DNA of 34,709 bases from Scyliorhinus canicula (Eukaryota). Where the stretch lies: the NCBI RefSeq assembly GCF_902713615.1, contig NW_024055491.1, forward strand, positions 248,001 through 282,709. The letters are read 5' to 3'. Shown one piece after another: positions 1 to 11,898 of the stretch (position 1 is its first letter; every line of letters starts with the position of its first letter). The notes below the pieces were generated by a model that did no database searches, had not been told where the DNA came from, and worked only from the letters and a program-made list of their open reading frames with translations. Both the position numbers and the translations under genes were made by a program.

Positions 1-269
1 AGTGCATTTGGCAGCTGATTGTATGGCCATCTCCTCAAAGCCGCGAATCGAAAAGGAAACTGCTGAACCCAGCAGGGAGAAAGAAACAATGAACTCACAG
101 GTTATTTACCGCAGGTTTCAGTGCTGGGACCCCCAGCTGTTCACAATACATAGAACATACAGTGCAGAAGGAGACTATTTTGGCCATCGAGTCTGCACCG
201 ACCCACTTAAACCCTCACGTCTTCCCTGTCCCGTAGCCTAATAATCCCTCCTAACGTTTTTGTTGACTA

Positions 270-439
270 AGGGCAATATAGAATGGTCAATCCGCCTTTG
301 GACTGTGGGAGGAAACCGGAGTACCCGGAGGAAACCTAAGCAGACATGGGGAAAACCAGCAGACTCTGCACAGACAGTGACCCAGCGGGGTATCGAACCT
401 GGGACCACGGTGCGATCCACTTGTGCTACCACGCTGCCC
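270..439 (-). mobile_element. tRNA-derived V-SINE (HE1-like) copy
   Basis: Reverse complement of the V-domain core (GGGTTTCCTCCGGGTACTCCGGTTTCCTCCCACA) and of a GGGCAGCGTGGTAGCAC tRNA-like head. Confidence 0.8.
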
Positions 440-1169
440 AATATTCATTAATTGTTTTGACGAAGGAATTGCAGGCAATACTTCAAGATTTGCAAAAGAT
501 ACTAAGTTTGCTGGCAGTGTGTGCTGTGAGTAGGATACAAAGAGGCTTCAGGGTTACTTGGACAGGCTGGCTGAGTGAGAAACCACTTGGCAAATGTAAT
601 ATAATGTGATTGAATGTAAGGTTATCCGCTTTGATGGAAAAAACAGAAAGACAAATTATTATCTGAATTGTGGCAGTTTAGGAAAAGTAGAATTGCAACG
701 AGACCTGGGTGTCATGGTGGAATGGTCGTCTAAGATTGTTGCGCGGGTACAGCAGGTGAGGAAAGTTAATGGCAAGCTAGCCTTCATAGCGAGAGGATTT
801 GTGTATGGGAGTTGGAATGTATTGCTGCAGTTATACAGGACTTGGTGAAACCACACCTTGAACATTGTGTGCAGTTTTGGTCCAGTTTGAGGTAGGAAAT
901 TCTTGCTACTGACGGTGTCCAGCGAAGGTTCACCAGAGTAATCACCGGGGTGGGAGGACTGACATATGAAGAAAGACATGATCAACTGGGTTTGTACTCG
1001 CTGGAGGTTAGAAGAATGAGAGGGAATGTCAAAGAAACATATAATATCCTGATGGGACTGGACTGGCTAGATGCGTGAAGAAAGTTCCCAATGTTGGGGA
1101 CGTCCAGAAATAGGGGTCGCAGCCTAAGAATAAGCAGGACGCCATTCAGGGTTGAGGTGAGGAAGAACG

Positions 1170-1349
1170 GTGGATTATCCACCCTGCCGTGCCACATTTC
1201 TGTTTCACCCCGCCGGCCGGATGCTCTGTTACGCCGGCTGGTCAATGGGGTTTTCCATTGTGGTGCTGTCCTACGCCGTCGGGAACCCCCCCCCCCCCCC
1301 CCCCCCAAGCTGCCAGCAAAACGGAGCATCCGTCCGACAGAGAATCCAG
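1170..1349. mobile_element. Short MITE-like insertion with imperfect terminal inverted repeats and a C-run
   Basis: Ends GTGGATTATCC...AGAGAATCCAGC. It splits the CR1 sequence GGAAGAAC/TTCTCTCAG, which is contiguous in the CR1 copy near 14101. Confidence 0.45.
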
Positions 1350-1664
1350 CTTCTCTCAGAAAGTTCTGAACTTGTGGAATTCTCTACCACAGAAAGCTGT
1401 TGGGGCCAGTTCCTTGGATATATTCAAGAAGGAGCTGGACGTGGCCTTTGCGACTAAAGGGATTATAATGATATTCACTGTCCCAAGCTGGCTTACATTA
1501 ACACTGCAATGAAGTTGCTGTGAAAAGCCCCTAGTCGCTACATTCCTGTTTGGGTACACAGAGGGAGAATTCAGAATGTCCAAATTAACTAACAAGCAAG
1601 TCTTTCGGGACTTGCGGGAGCAAACTGGGGGCCCCGGAGGAAACCCATGCACACACGGGGAGAA

Positions 1665-2285
1665 CATAGAACATTACAGCGCAGTCCAGGTCCTTCGGCC
1701 CTCGATGTTGCGCCGAGCTGTGAAACCCCTCTAAAGTCCCTCTACACTATTCCCTTATCGTCCATATGCCCATCCAATGACCATTTGAATGCGTTTAGTG
1801 TTGGTGAGTCCACTGCTGTTGCAGGCATGGCATTCCATGCCCTTACTACTCTGAGTAATGAACCTACCTCTGACATCCGTCCTATATCTATCTACCCTCA
1901 ATTTAAAGCTATGACACCTCGTGCTGGACATCACCATCCGAGGAAAAAGGCTCTTGATGTCCACCCTATCTAATCCTCTGATCATCTTGTATGCCTCAAT
2001 TAAGTCACCTCTTAACCTTCTTCTCTCTAACGAAAACAGCCTCAAGTCCTTCAGCCTTTCCTCATAAGATCTTCCCTCCATGCCAGGCAACATCCTTGTA
2101 AACCTCCTCTGTACTCTTTCCAATGCTTCCACATCCTTTCTATAATATGGCGACCAGAACTGCACGCAATACTCTAAATGCGGCCGCACCAGAGTTTTGT
2201 ACAACTGCAACATGACCTCATGGCTCCGAAACTCAATTCCTCTACCAATAAAAGCTAACACACCGTACACCTTCTCAACAACCCT
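1665..2285 (-). mobile_element. CR1 LINE 3' fragment (ORF2 C-terminus and 3' UTR)
   Basis: ORF 1755-2321 LYKTLVRPHLEYCVQFWSPYYRKDVEALERVQRRFTRMLPG...RRLRGDLIEAYK; ends in a CATAGAA-type tail. Confidence 0.9.
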
Positions 2286-3084
2286 CTTTTTCCTGTGTGA
2301 ATACAGATGAAAAATACTCATTTAGCATTTCTCCTATCCCCTTGGACTCCACGCACAACTTCCCACTACTGTCCTTGACTGTCCCGATTCGTGCAGACTT
2401 CTCACAGACAGTGGCCGAAGGCGGGAATCGAACCTATCAGGCAACAGTGCTAACCACTGTGCTACCATGCAAGAAGTATGCTGAGAAAGCGCGAGTGGGA
2501 TACTGAATTTGTATCATCAGCTATGATCATATTGAATGGTGGTGCAGGCTCCAAGAGCCGAGTGGCCGCCTCATGCACCTGTTTCTATGTTTCGATATTT
2601 CTCCCCTCCCACTCCCCGAGCGGAGAATTTGGAAGGGAACGAGTCTTTAATGTAAGGGCTCAGCTTTCAACAATGCAAGTCGTTTCTCACTTACTAGTCA
2701 CAGGTTTTAACCTTGCATCAGACCAACCATGGTGTAAATATACCTTCAAACAATAGAATTTTTCAAAAGTGTAACGCCCCATTTACTGTTTTAAAAAAGG
2801 TAATCGATCTTGTCACAAGGCTTACAATAACACTGCAATGAAGTTACTGTGAAAATCCCCTAGTTGCCAAATTCCGGCGCCTGTTCGGGTAGACAGAGAG
2901 AATTCAGAATGTCCAATTCAACTAACAGCACGTCTTTCGGGACTTAGAACATAGAACATAGAACAGTACAGCACAGAACAGGCCCTTCGGCCCTCGATGT
3001 TGTGCCGAGCAATGATCACCCTACTCAAACCCACGTATCCACCCTATACCCGTAACCCAACAATCCCCCCATTAACCTTACTTG

Positions 3085-3208
3085 TGGGAGGAAACCGGAG
3101 CACCCGGAGGAAACCCACACATACATGGGGAGAACGTGCAGACTCCGCACAGACGCGGGAATCGAACCTGGGACCCTGGTGCTATGAACCACTGTGCTAC
3201 TGTGCTAC
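3085..3208 (-). mobile_element. V-SINE fragment preceded by a CR1-type tail (~2945-3080)
   Basis: GGAGGAAACCGGAGCACCCGGAGGAAACCCAC core; (CATAGAA)n tail. Confidence 0.75.
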
Positions 3209-3239
3209 CTTCTATGCTTACACACTGCCTTTGCCGTAT

Positions 3240-3990
3240 GCAAGCACACCCAGACCCGCATAAAATACACACACGCACACAGACAAACACACGCTCGCTC
3301 ACACAGTAATAATGATTGTGCAGATTCACACATGCGTACGAACAGACGCAAAAGCAAATATATTATTTGCGAGAAGCAGAATCACAAAAGGACCTAAACA
3401 CAGGTGTAACCATCAAAATATACATTAGCACACGTTGTCTGATCCATTCGTGCAGACACAATGACGTCCACTGTCATACACGTTAACAGAAATGTATAGA
3501 CACACGAACACGCACATTGACGGCCTATATGGACGCACAGACAGAGTGTAGAGTGCCCTTTCTGAGAGTCGGTACAGACTCAAAGGACCGAATGGCCTCT
3601 TTCTGCATTGGAGGGGCTCCATGTTCTATGTTCAAGAACACTAAACCGCATAATAGCATACAAGGGGACATAAACACCTTTAAAAACATAAGCATATAAA
3701 TCTATCAACACATTAATATACACATGAATGCACTCACAGAGACACACATACACACGCATGTGCATACACACATTGATAGACAGTTGGCGCACAAAAAAAT
3801 ACTACATATATTAGCAGGCATGAACACGTAAGCCCGCATTAACACAACTATTCGTAAATAAACTAAGGCTGTAAGACAAAAATAACTAATTCGTACATAC
3901 ACTTTGACAGAATCCCAAAATATACGGACAATCACAGATGAAAACACATTGGTACATCAACACTCACATTAATGTTCAAACACACATTGC
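3240..3990. repeat. CA/AC-rich low-complexity region
   Basis: Many imperfect (CA)n runs; the ORFs here are compositionally biased. Confidence 0.6.
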
Positions 3991-4582
3991 GAGAGACAAA
4001 CAGATAAAGGCAAATCACGAGTTACTTAAGCACAAAAAGGAACGACAAGATGACAGTTTATTTCTAATGTAACTGTTTGAATGGGCATATCAATCAAAAC
4101 ATATCCCCATTCCATAATGATCCCACAGACGCACTGAAACAATGTTCTGACTGAGAAATTGGCTGCAGTAAACGACATGACAAACGTTTCCATCGCAAAT
4201 AAACAAATAAGATGGGAACTCACGTCCGGGTTCTTGGCGGCAACATTCACAGTGTCGAAATAAGAAGCTGAATGAACGTCCCTCAGTATCAACCATAATA
4301 ATCTCCAATTATACCAAATTGTTCTAAAACAAACTGAAATTGAACAAAAGCGGCTGTGTTTTGTGACACGGACTGTTTGAGCAACGTAAAGGACGAACGG
4401 CTGTGGAGATTGATGCAGAGATCGGTTTCTGAGTATCGCGAATTTAACAATGTACAATGAAAAGTAAATTACTAAAATTATTTCAGAAAGATAAAGGATA
4501 ATATTGATATATAACTCTGAAAGATACCCTGAATGAAAGTGCAATTTAACGATTTTCGGCTATATCCCTTTCGATTCTATAG

Positions 4583-4701
4583 ACAGCATCCGGACTGAAG
4601 ACAATGAGGATGATAATGGAAACATCTTGACAACCGCTTCCACATTCATCACCCTGTTCTTCCTGAGCATGTCCTACAGCGCTGCAGTCACCCTGGTGAA
4701 G
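4583..4701 (+). CDS. Immunoglobulin heavy-chain membrane exon TM1 (isotype undetermined: IgM, IgW or IgNAR)
   Basis: Acceptor ttctatAG (4581-4582), phase 1. Translation (D)SIRTEDNEDDNGNILTTASTFITLFFLSMSYSAAVTLVK: acidic spacer plus the CART motif T-F-x-x-L-F-x-L-S-x-x-Y-S. Donor GTGAGA at 4702. Confidence 0.92.
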
Positions 4702-4831
4702 GTGAGAGCATTCGATCCACTCACACTTTAGCTGATCGAAGCAGTTTGACAACTCACTGAACTTTTCATTGATAAAATATTAATGTCCCAGATCACAAAC
4801 ATCTGCTTCATTGTTTTTTCTGTTTTTACAG

Positions 4832-4840
4832 ATCAAGTGA
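4832..4840 (+). CDS. IgH membrane exon TM2 (IK-stop), giving a KIK cytoplasmic tail
   Basis: Polypyrimidine tract ttttttctgtttttacAG then ATC AAG TGA; parallels the canonical KVK tail; AATAAA at 5243-5248. Confidence 0.85.
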   Translation: MK

Positions 4841-5984
4841 TCGGCTGAATTTTGGATGTCGTATTTATTGATATGGATGTCGTACATTTTATTCAGCTGT
4901 TTATCAAGATCTCTGTTACGAAATCATGAAATACCCTCTGGTGACTTTATAATATTTTTCTGTTTGAAAAATACGAAATAATATGGATGTATTGCAATTT
5001 TAGATTATAATTGTCCTGTAGTTTGATTTCCATTTGAAAATAAGTAACGTTTTTAATTCCTTATTCTCAATTATTGCCTTCCCTATATTTTGAGCTCCTG
5101 TTCCCTCTTTCTGGTGTCTGTTGTACATTCATTTGGCAGCTCAGAGCTGATGTGTTCTCTTCTCAATGTCACGCTCAATCGTAATCTTGCTCTTTGTTAA
5201 CTTGAAAATTAACATTTCTGTTAAATTTTCTCCGAATTTTTCAATAAATCCTGAATTAAAAATTAACCAAATGTGACTTTTCTGAACTCCTTTCTCCAAA
5301 GTCCCCTGACGACGGCCCATTCCCCTTATTGCAGTGTTTCGCTTTCCCAGACAAATATTTCCCCTGTTGTGAAAGAATCACTGCATCACCTGCGTGTACC
5401 ACGGAGACAGAATCATTGCAGAGCGAGGAGAATCGAGGTGATTTCAGTCGTACTCTGGTCAGTCACAGTCACATGTCAGGTAATTCTGAACAGAGGGGGC
5501 TCTGCTTCTTCAGACACCGAAACAAGCCAGTGAATGGAGAAGAAACGTTTCCTTCACACTGTCTCATAAAACACTTCCAGGGTCGCTGCAGCACGGGTTA
5601 ACATTCTCCATGTTGGCCGAATAAATAATCCCAAGGCAGGCTATGTATATAAGGCAGACAGAACAGAGGGTGTAAACCCTTGGGAGAGCCGGAAAAGCTG
5701 GAAAGTATATCGCACACAACATAAAATCGAGTACGGATTTCCAAATATTACCTGAGTTTGGGGCCTATAAGATACACTAGAGAGCAGAAACGGCCAGATA
5801 ATATGGCCGATCCAATAGAGAGAATCAACTCGAAATTCCCTTTGAAACATACAAATAGACACTTTATCGCCCTGTCCTGGCACATACGCAAACTGCACTT
5901 TCTGGTTCAAACAAAATCACTGACTGCTTCAAACTCTACATTTTGGCCCATTTAAAACTGACACTGTCTCCATTTTCGAGGATG

Positions 5985-6830
5985 CATTGATCGATAATAA
6001 CCTCCATTCCCTCTGATACCATCGCCCTGAACTCATTGAGTATCAGCCAGGCATCTCCCTGCGCCATTCTGCCTGATACTACCCCGCTGAACACACTGAA
6101 CATCACCCCAGGGAAAACACCATAAGACAAGACATAGGAGCAGAATTCGGCCACTCGGCCCAGCAAGTCTGCTCCGCCATTCAATCATGGCTGATGTTTT
6201 CTCATCCCCATTCTCCTGCCTCTCGCCCTGCTCCATTCACTCTGCTATCATCCCGCTGAACTCACTGATCATCACCCCAGGGATCCTCTCTCCCGGCTCC
6301 ATTCCCTCTGATACCATCCCCCTGAACTCACTGAACATCACCCCAGGGATCCTCTCACCCCGCTCCATTCCCTCTGATACCATCCCACTGAACTCACTGA
6401 GCATGACCCGAGATATCCTCTCTCCTTGCTCCATTCACTGTGATACCATCATCCTGAACTCACTGAACATCACCCCAGGGATCCTCTCTCACTGACCATT
6501 CCCTCTGATACCATTGCCCTGAACTCACTGATCATCACTCCAGGGATCCTCTCTCCCTGCCCCATTCCCTCTGATACCATCCCCCTGCACTCACTGATCA
6601 TCACACCAGGGATCCTCTCTCCCTGCCCCATTCCCTCTGATACCATCTTCCTGAACTCAATGATCATCACCCCAGGGATCCTCTCTCCCTGCTCCATTCA
6701 CTTTGATACAATCCCCCTGACTCACTGAACATCACCCCAGGGATCTTCTCTCCCGGCTCCATTCCCTCTGACACCATCCCCCTGCACTCCCCCCAGGGTG
6801 CCTCTCTTGATGCTCAATTCCCTCCGATCA
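5985..6830. repeat. 66-bp minisatellite (~9-10 units), interrupted by a CR1 tail at ~6120-6230
   Basis: Unit TCCATTCCCTCTGATACCATCCCCCTGAACTCACTGAACATCACCCCAGGGATCCTCTCTCCCGGC recurs at 6298, 6364, 6430, ~6495, 6561, 6627, 6693, 6758. Confidence 0.9.
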
Positions 6831-6911
6831 AAGGTAACAAAAGTTCCCGAGGGCCATGGCTGCTCTTTCCTTTTGCGAGAGAGCTGATTCATGGTGATTT
6901 TAGCTGAGAGT

Positions 6912-7700
6912 TTGGATTGGATTGGATTTGTTTATTGTCACGTGTACCGAGGTACAGTGAAAAGTATTTTTCTGCAAGCAGCTCAATAGATCACTCAGTA
7001 CATGGAAGAAAAGGGAATTAAACAAAATTCTAGAAAATACATGAGAATACATGAGAATACATAATAGGGCAACACAAGATATACAATGTAACTACATAAG
7101 CATTGGCATCGGTTGAAGCATACAGGGTGTAGTGTTAATGAGGTCAGTCAATAAGAGGGTCATTTAGGAGTCAGGTGACAGTGGGGAAGAAGCTGTTTTT
7201 GAGTCTGTTCGGGCGTGTTCTCAGACTTCTGTATCTCCTGCCCGATGGAAGAAGTTGGAAAAGTGAGTAAACCGGGTGGGAGGAATCCTTGATTATGCTG
7301 CCCGCTTTCCCCCGGCAGTGGGAGGTATAGATGGAGTCCATGGATGGGAGGCAGGTTCGTGTGATGGACCGGGCGGTATTCACGACTCTCTGAAGTTCCT
7401 TGCGGTCCTGGGCCGAGCAGTTGCCATACCAGGCTGTGATGCAGCCCGATAGGATGCTTTCTATAGTGCATCTGTAAAAGTTGGTAAGGATTAATGTGGA
7501 CATGCCTAATGTCCTTAGTTTCCTGAGGAAGTATAGGCGCTGTTGTGCTTTCTTGGTGATAGCGTCGACGTGAGTGAACCAGGATAGATTTTTGGTGATG
7601 TGCACCCCATGGAATTTGAAACTGCTAACCCCCTCTCCACCTCGGCCCCGTTGACGCTGACAGGGGTGTCTACTACTTTGCTTCCTGAAGTCGATGACCA
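6912..7700 (-). mobile_element. Rex1/Babar-like non-LTR retrotransposon 3' fragment
   Basis: ORF 7171-7785 KSKELVIDFRK...AQQRLYFLRKLR...FYRCTIESILSGCITAWYG...LLPSGRRYRS...RLKNSFFP, the characteristic C-terminus of this clade; 3' UTR with AATAAA and a short-repeat tail near 6912-6935. Confidence 0.8.
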
Positions 7701-7899
7701 GCTCTTTAGATTTGCACTGCACATATGGACGATAACATAATAGTGTAGAGGGACTTTGGAGGGGTTTCACAGGACGGCGCAACATCGTGGGCCGAAGGGC
7801 CTGTACTGCACTGTAATGTTCTATGTTCTATGCACTTCAGCAGAGGGACAAGGTTGAGAGGGCATGGATCACAGGAATTGAACTCACGCTGTCTGCTTC

Positions 7900-8060
7900 A
7901 CGACCAGCCAGCCAGCCAACTGAACTATCGACACATTCACTCTGCTACCATCTCCATGAACGTACGAACCTACTGGACATAATTCCGGGATGCTCTGCCT
8001 GCTCAATTCCCTCTGATACCACCTGCCTAAAATAACTGAGCATCCATGGCATCTGCCTTG
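7900..8060. repeat. Diverged units of the same 66-bp minisatellite
   Basis: CATTCACTCTGCTACCATCTCC and GCTCAATTCCCTCTGATACC match array units. Confidence 0.65.
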
Positions 8061-8226
8061 TTTCCATCTCCTCAGGGATCGTTGGGGACTTCTACACAGA
8101 GAACAGGCGAGCGATCTTAGAGGAACTGACAGAGAGGCTGCAGCTGCCAACGGGAACAAACACTGGAACATCGATATGGAGAAGCCGGTGTTGGACTGGG
8201 GTGAGCACAGTAAGAAGTCTTACAAC

Positions 8227-8340
8227 ACCAGGTTAAAGTCCTACAGGTTTATTTCAAACACTAGCCTTCGGAGCACTGCTCCAAGGAGCTGCTCTCCAAA
8301 AGCTAGTGTTTGAAACAAAGCAGTTGGACTTTAACCTGGT
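8227..8340. repeat. Imperfect palindrome (56-bp arms, 2-nt loop) resembling a common shark Penelope-derived repeat
   Basis: ACCAGGTTAAAGTCC...GCTCC / GGAGC...GGACTTTAACCTGGT arms are reverse complementary. Confidence 0.7.
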
Positions 8341-8462
8341 CTGGACATAGAACATACATTGCAGAAGGAGGCCAGTCGGCCATCGAGACAGCACCAACCC
8401 ACTTAAGCCCTCACTTCCAGCCTATCCCCGTAACCCAATAAACCTTCAAAACTTTGTGGTCA

Positions 8463-8657
8463 TTAAAGGTAATTTAGCATGACCAATCCACCTACTCTGC
8501 ACGTCTTTGGTCTGTGGGCGGAAACCGGAGAACCCGGTGGAAACCCACGCAGAGAGGGGGAGAACATACAGACTCCGCACAGACAGTGACCCAGCAGGGA
8601 ATGGAACCTGGGATCCTGGCGCGGTGAACCCACAGTGCTAATCACTTGTGCTCCCGT
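8463..8657 (-). mobile_element. V-SINE copy
   Basis: V-domain core and CACAGACAGTGACCC tRNA-adjacent segment. Confidence 0.8.
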
Positions 8658-8823
8658 CTTAACATACAGGTTAGATCTTTCTAGGTAAGGAGACTGCAAG
8701 ATAGCCAAGGACCCGAGATGCACAATGCTAGAAGGAGTACTGTACGTGTGTAACCTGGGAGGGAGGAACTGAACACTCCCCACTGGACGAAACACGGAAA
8801 AAATATGAGGACCAACTTGAATG

Positions 8824-8998
8824 AAATTAAAAATGAAAATCGCTTATTGTCACGAGTAGGCTTCAATGAAGTTACTGTGAAAAGCCCCTAGTCGCCACAT
8901 TCCGGCGCCTGTCCGGGGAGGCTGGTACGGGAATCGAACCGTGCTGCTGGCCTGCTTGGTCTGCTTTAAAAGCCAGCGATTTAGCCGAGTCAGCTAAT
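8824..8998 (-). mobile_element. Short tRNA-derived SINE (second family)
   Basis: Head with a GGTTCGATTCCC B-box; tail GGCGCCGGAATGTGGCGACTAGGGGCTTTTCACAGTAAC shared with copies at 23143-24050. Confidence 0.8.
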
Positions 8999-9009
8999 CC
9001 AGAAATCGA

Positions 9010-9900
9010 GTGGAGACTCTGGACCGAAGCTCTGAACAGGGCCAACAACACCTTCGCTTATGCAAGGCTAAACCTCATGCAACTGAAAGTAGTGCACAGA
9101 GCGCACCTGACAAGAACCACAATAAGGAGGTGGAGGGAAAATGTGAACGGTACCAGGGAGCCGCAGCCAACCACACCCACATGTTGTGGGCATGCCCCAG
9201 ACTTGACGGGTTTTGGACAGCCTTCATTGAGGCAATGTCCAAGGTTGTGAGGGTGGACGCGAGCCCGGTGAATGGCAGTCTTCGGGGAATCGAACCAGCC
9301 AGAACTATTCATAGGGAAAGGGTCGACCCCCTTGCCTTTGCTTCCCTAATCGCCCACCGAGGAATCCTGGTCAGCTGAAGATCAACAGCATGACTCCCAA
9401 CAGCAGACTGGCAGGCAGACGTGGCAGAAATTTGCCATTTGAGGGTAGGAGGAAGGCTTCCAAAAAACGAGGAGACAATTCACCACGCGTTCCAACATCT
9501 TTACGAAGCCAACAGCCAAAAGAGCGAGGGGAGGGTAAGTTTGTGCATGTGTGTGTGTTTGTGTGTGGGGGGGGGGGGGGGGGGGCGGACTGTACGAACG
9601 AGACAACAGAGAACAAATAGGGAGGGGGCGAGATTTGGAGGGAGGTTAGGGAGAGAGGAGGGGAGGCTGGAGCAACACCAGAACGGATAATAGGGGGCCT
9701 AGAGCAAGGCCACAAAGAAAAGAACTCCCAAAGAAACACCGAAATAGAGACGAATGATGGGGGCGGGGGTAGGGGGAGCGGGGCCGATCTACAAAGTGGG
9801 AGAAGAGAAGGCGAAGGGGAAAGAGCTGCATTGATGTAAATAGATGACTTTCACCTATTTTACGTTATCTGATCGAATAAAGTATCTTAAAACAACAAAA
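9010..9900 (+). mobile_element. L1/Tx1-like LINE 3' fragment (ORF2 C-terminal Cys/His motif and 3' UTR)
   Basis: KCERYQGAAANHTHMLWACPRLDGFW resembles the L1 CCHC region; AATAAA and an A-rich end near 9876-9900. Confidence 0.65.
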
Positions 9901-10247
9901 ACAGGTGCCAGAGGTGGTCAAGGAGTGGGTGCGGGTGGGTGTAAAGTCCTTTTATATTGTAATCGCATCACATAACCTTGTCCATTGTACAATATATGAT
10001 ATCAAAAACTGTAATATAAGCATTTTTAAAAAATTGTTACATCTGCCATTGAACGTGCAGTGTGGTTTGTTCGACCACTCTTTGCCTGCTATTTCATATG
10101 TACCTCATGTTAATTCCGAAAGCTGGAGTATAAAATTGTCTTGCAAATAGTTTATTTTGTTCAGGAGCATGAAATAGTGTGGCTGTAACATCTTTGTAAA
10201 CAAATATGATTTCAGATTCTGTCTACATCTAAATATATTAATACTCT

Positions 10248-11167
10248 TTAACATGACCATGAAGCACTGTTTAACCTAAAGCAACCAGTGATAATGGCGA
10301 AGGGAAAAACGAGCAACTTCTTCAGCTCATTTCGGAACTTGGTCTGGGCTACTGCATAGATGAAGGTGTTGTTGCAGGAACTGAGTAACTGAAGCATTTT
10401 GTTCGTTTCTTGAAATATGAAGTGTGGGTCATTGAAATCCAGACCCGTGAAGTAGGCCTCAGCTGTAACCCGAACGTATAGGAAATGTCCAACATATGTG
10501 ACCCAGAGGAGGAGGAAGCTGAGCGAGATGGCGAAGAGCAGGACAATCGACTTCTTGCGGTTGGCTATCTCTGGATCTCCGTCACTCTCTGAGCCCTTCA
10601 GCCTGCGGGCTCTGCTGGCCTCTACAATGTGCCTTACAGTCAGGGCGTTGAGCATCAGAATAAAGAAGAACGGAAGAAAAGGGGTTAATATGTGGTCGAG
10701 CCAGTCATAAGCTTGCCACGATGAGATAGTGTAATAGCTGGACTTAATATCACAGAACCAGGGAATCTCGTCCAATATGTACAAGGGCTGGTAGGTGAAG
10801 TAAAAAGGGATGTTCTTGACGTAGCTCAAGGTAATGACCATCCCTATGCCCAGCAGTGGAGTTTTCTCGGTGCAGTATCGGGTCTTCAGTTTCTGACAGC
10901 AGATGGATACAAAACGGTCGAAGGTGAAGGCCACGGTCAGCCACACTGAACCATCACGGGTCGCATAAACGAGTACGGTGCTGACAGCGCATCCGGGGGT
11001 GATCGATAGGATGCTGTATATAAAGTAAATGCCACCAATCCGGTTGAGGATAACAGCGGTGACCATGACAAGGAAATCAGTCACTACTATCGCTACCAGG
11101 TAGTGGGTGATACACCGAGAGAGTCCGCACCATCCTCGGGATAGGATGATGATCGCCATCAAGTTGG
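10248..11167 (-). CDS. Class A GPCR, GPR139/GPR142-like family, exon 2
   Basis: Acceptor ctctattacAG at 11170-11168, phase 1. Open frame with hydrophobic helices, FTFDRFVSIC, CDIK in ECL2, WLDHILTPFLPF, RKKSIVLL, SSCNNTFIYA; stop at 10248; AATAAA at 10156-10151. Confidence 0.9.
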
Positions 11168-11344
11168 CTGTAATAGAGAAAAGAGAGAGGCATCACTGAG
11201 GAGACTCCAAAAACCAGCGACTCCCTGATCCATTCTGCTGCTGAATCCCTCCTGACCTGTCCATTTCGCACCTCCAGACTTCAATTATTCCAAAACCATT
11301 ACTACTTGATGCAAATCCAATGCTGGATTAAACATTTGTCAATT

Positions 11345-11571
11345 AGGGCAGCACGGTGGCCTAGTGGTTAGCACAACCGCCTCACGGCGCTGAGGTCCCA
11401 GGTTCGATCCCGGCTCTGGGTCACTGTCCGTGTGGAGTTTGCACGTTCTCCCCGTGTCCGCGTGGGTTTCGCCCCCACAACCCAAAAATGTGCAGAGTAG
11501 GTGGATTGGCCACGCTAAATTGCCCCTTAATTGGAAAAAATAATTGGGTAATCTAAATTTATAAAAAAAAA
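11345..11571 (+). mobile_element. V-SINE copy (young, A-tailed) in the GPCR intron
   Basis: GGGCAGCACGGTGGCCTAGTGG A-box, GGTTCGATCCC B-box, V-core, poly-A end. Confidence 0.9.
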
Positions 11572-11898
11572 ACGTTTGTCAATTCATAAAATATCACAAT
11601 CAGTCCCTGCAACAAACTCCGCTCTCTGGCCACTGGATCGATTCCCGTGGCTGGCCATCCTCTAAAGTTAGAGACCATTTACAATATTCAAGTCTTGTTT
11701 GACCGTGGGCTGAACTTCCAAACGCCCACATTCCCAAACCGACCATAAGCACCGACACTGCATACTTCGACATTTCTCCACAGCCCATTGTATCGCCGGT
11801 CTGAAAGTCTGCCTTAGCTTTAGAGCTACTCAAACCCTTATTGACCACTTTCATATGTCTACCCTTCCAATTTGCATCGCCAGTGAACTCAACTGAAA

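Larger units (their letters stand above)
110..1470 (+). mobile_element. Degenerate CR1-clade LINE fragment (RT C-terminal part to 3' end), interrupted by a SINE/LINE-tail composite (~147-440) and a MITE-like insert (~1170-1349)
   Basis: GSVLGPQLFTI-like coding at ~115-146 resumes after 440 with decayed YINDL/KFADDTK-like sequence; later LVKPHLEHCVQFW and LGLYSLE-like CR1 motifs with stops and frameshifts. Confidence 0.8.

Noticed and set aside
1286-1306. Long C/G homopolymers (also ~9565, ~14565, ~15195) as G-quadruplex elements
   Set aside because: They lie within repeats or their insertions, and run lengths are error-prone.
4248-4290. CACAGTG as a possible RSS
   Set aside because: No nonamer at 12 or 23 bp. 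Other isolated heptamers in SINE heads (e.g. 8631, 21846, 23889) fail the same test.
4365-4400. Short similarity (CGGACTGTTT, ACGAACGGCTG) to 19660-19750
   Set aside because: Two 10-11-mers with different spacing; compatible with chance.
4026-4544. 172-aa minus-strand ORF
   Set aside because: No recognisable domain, no ATG-based signal, AT-rich; lies antisense in the IgH pre-TM intron.
5270-5640. Possible IgH 3' enhancer (E-boxes)
   Set aside because: Only isolated 6-mers; no cluster or comparative support.
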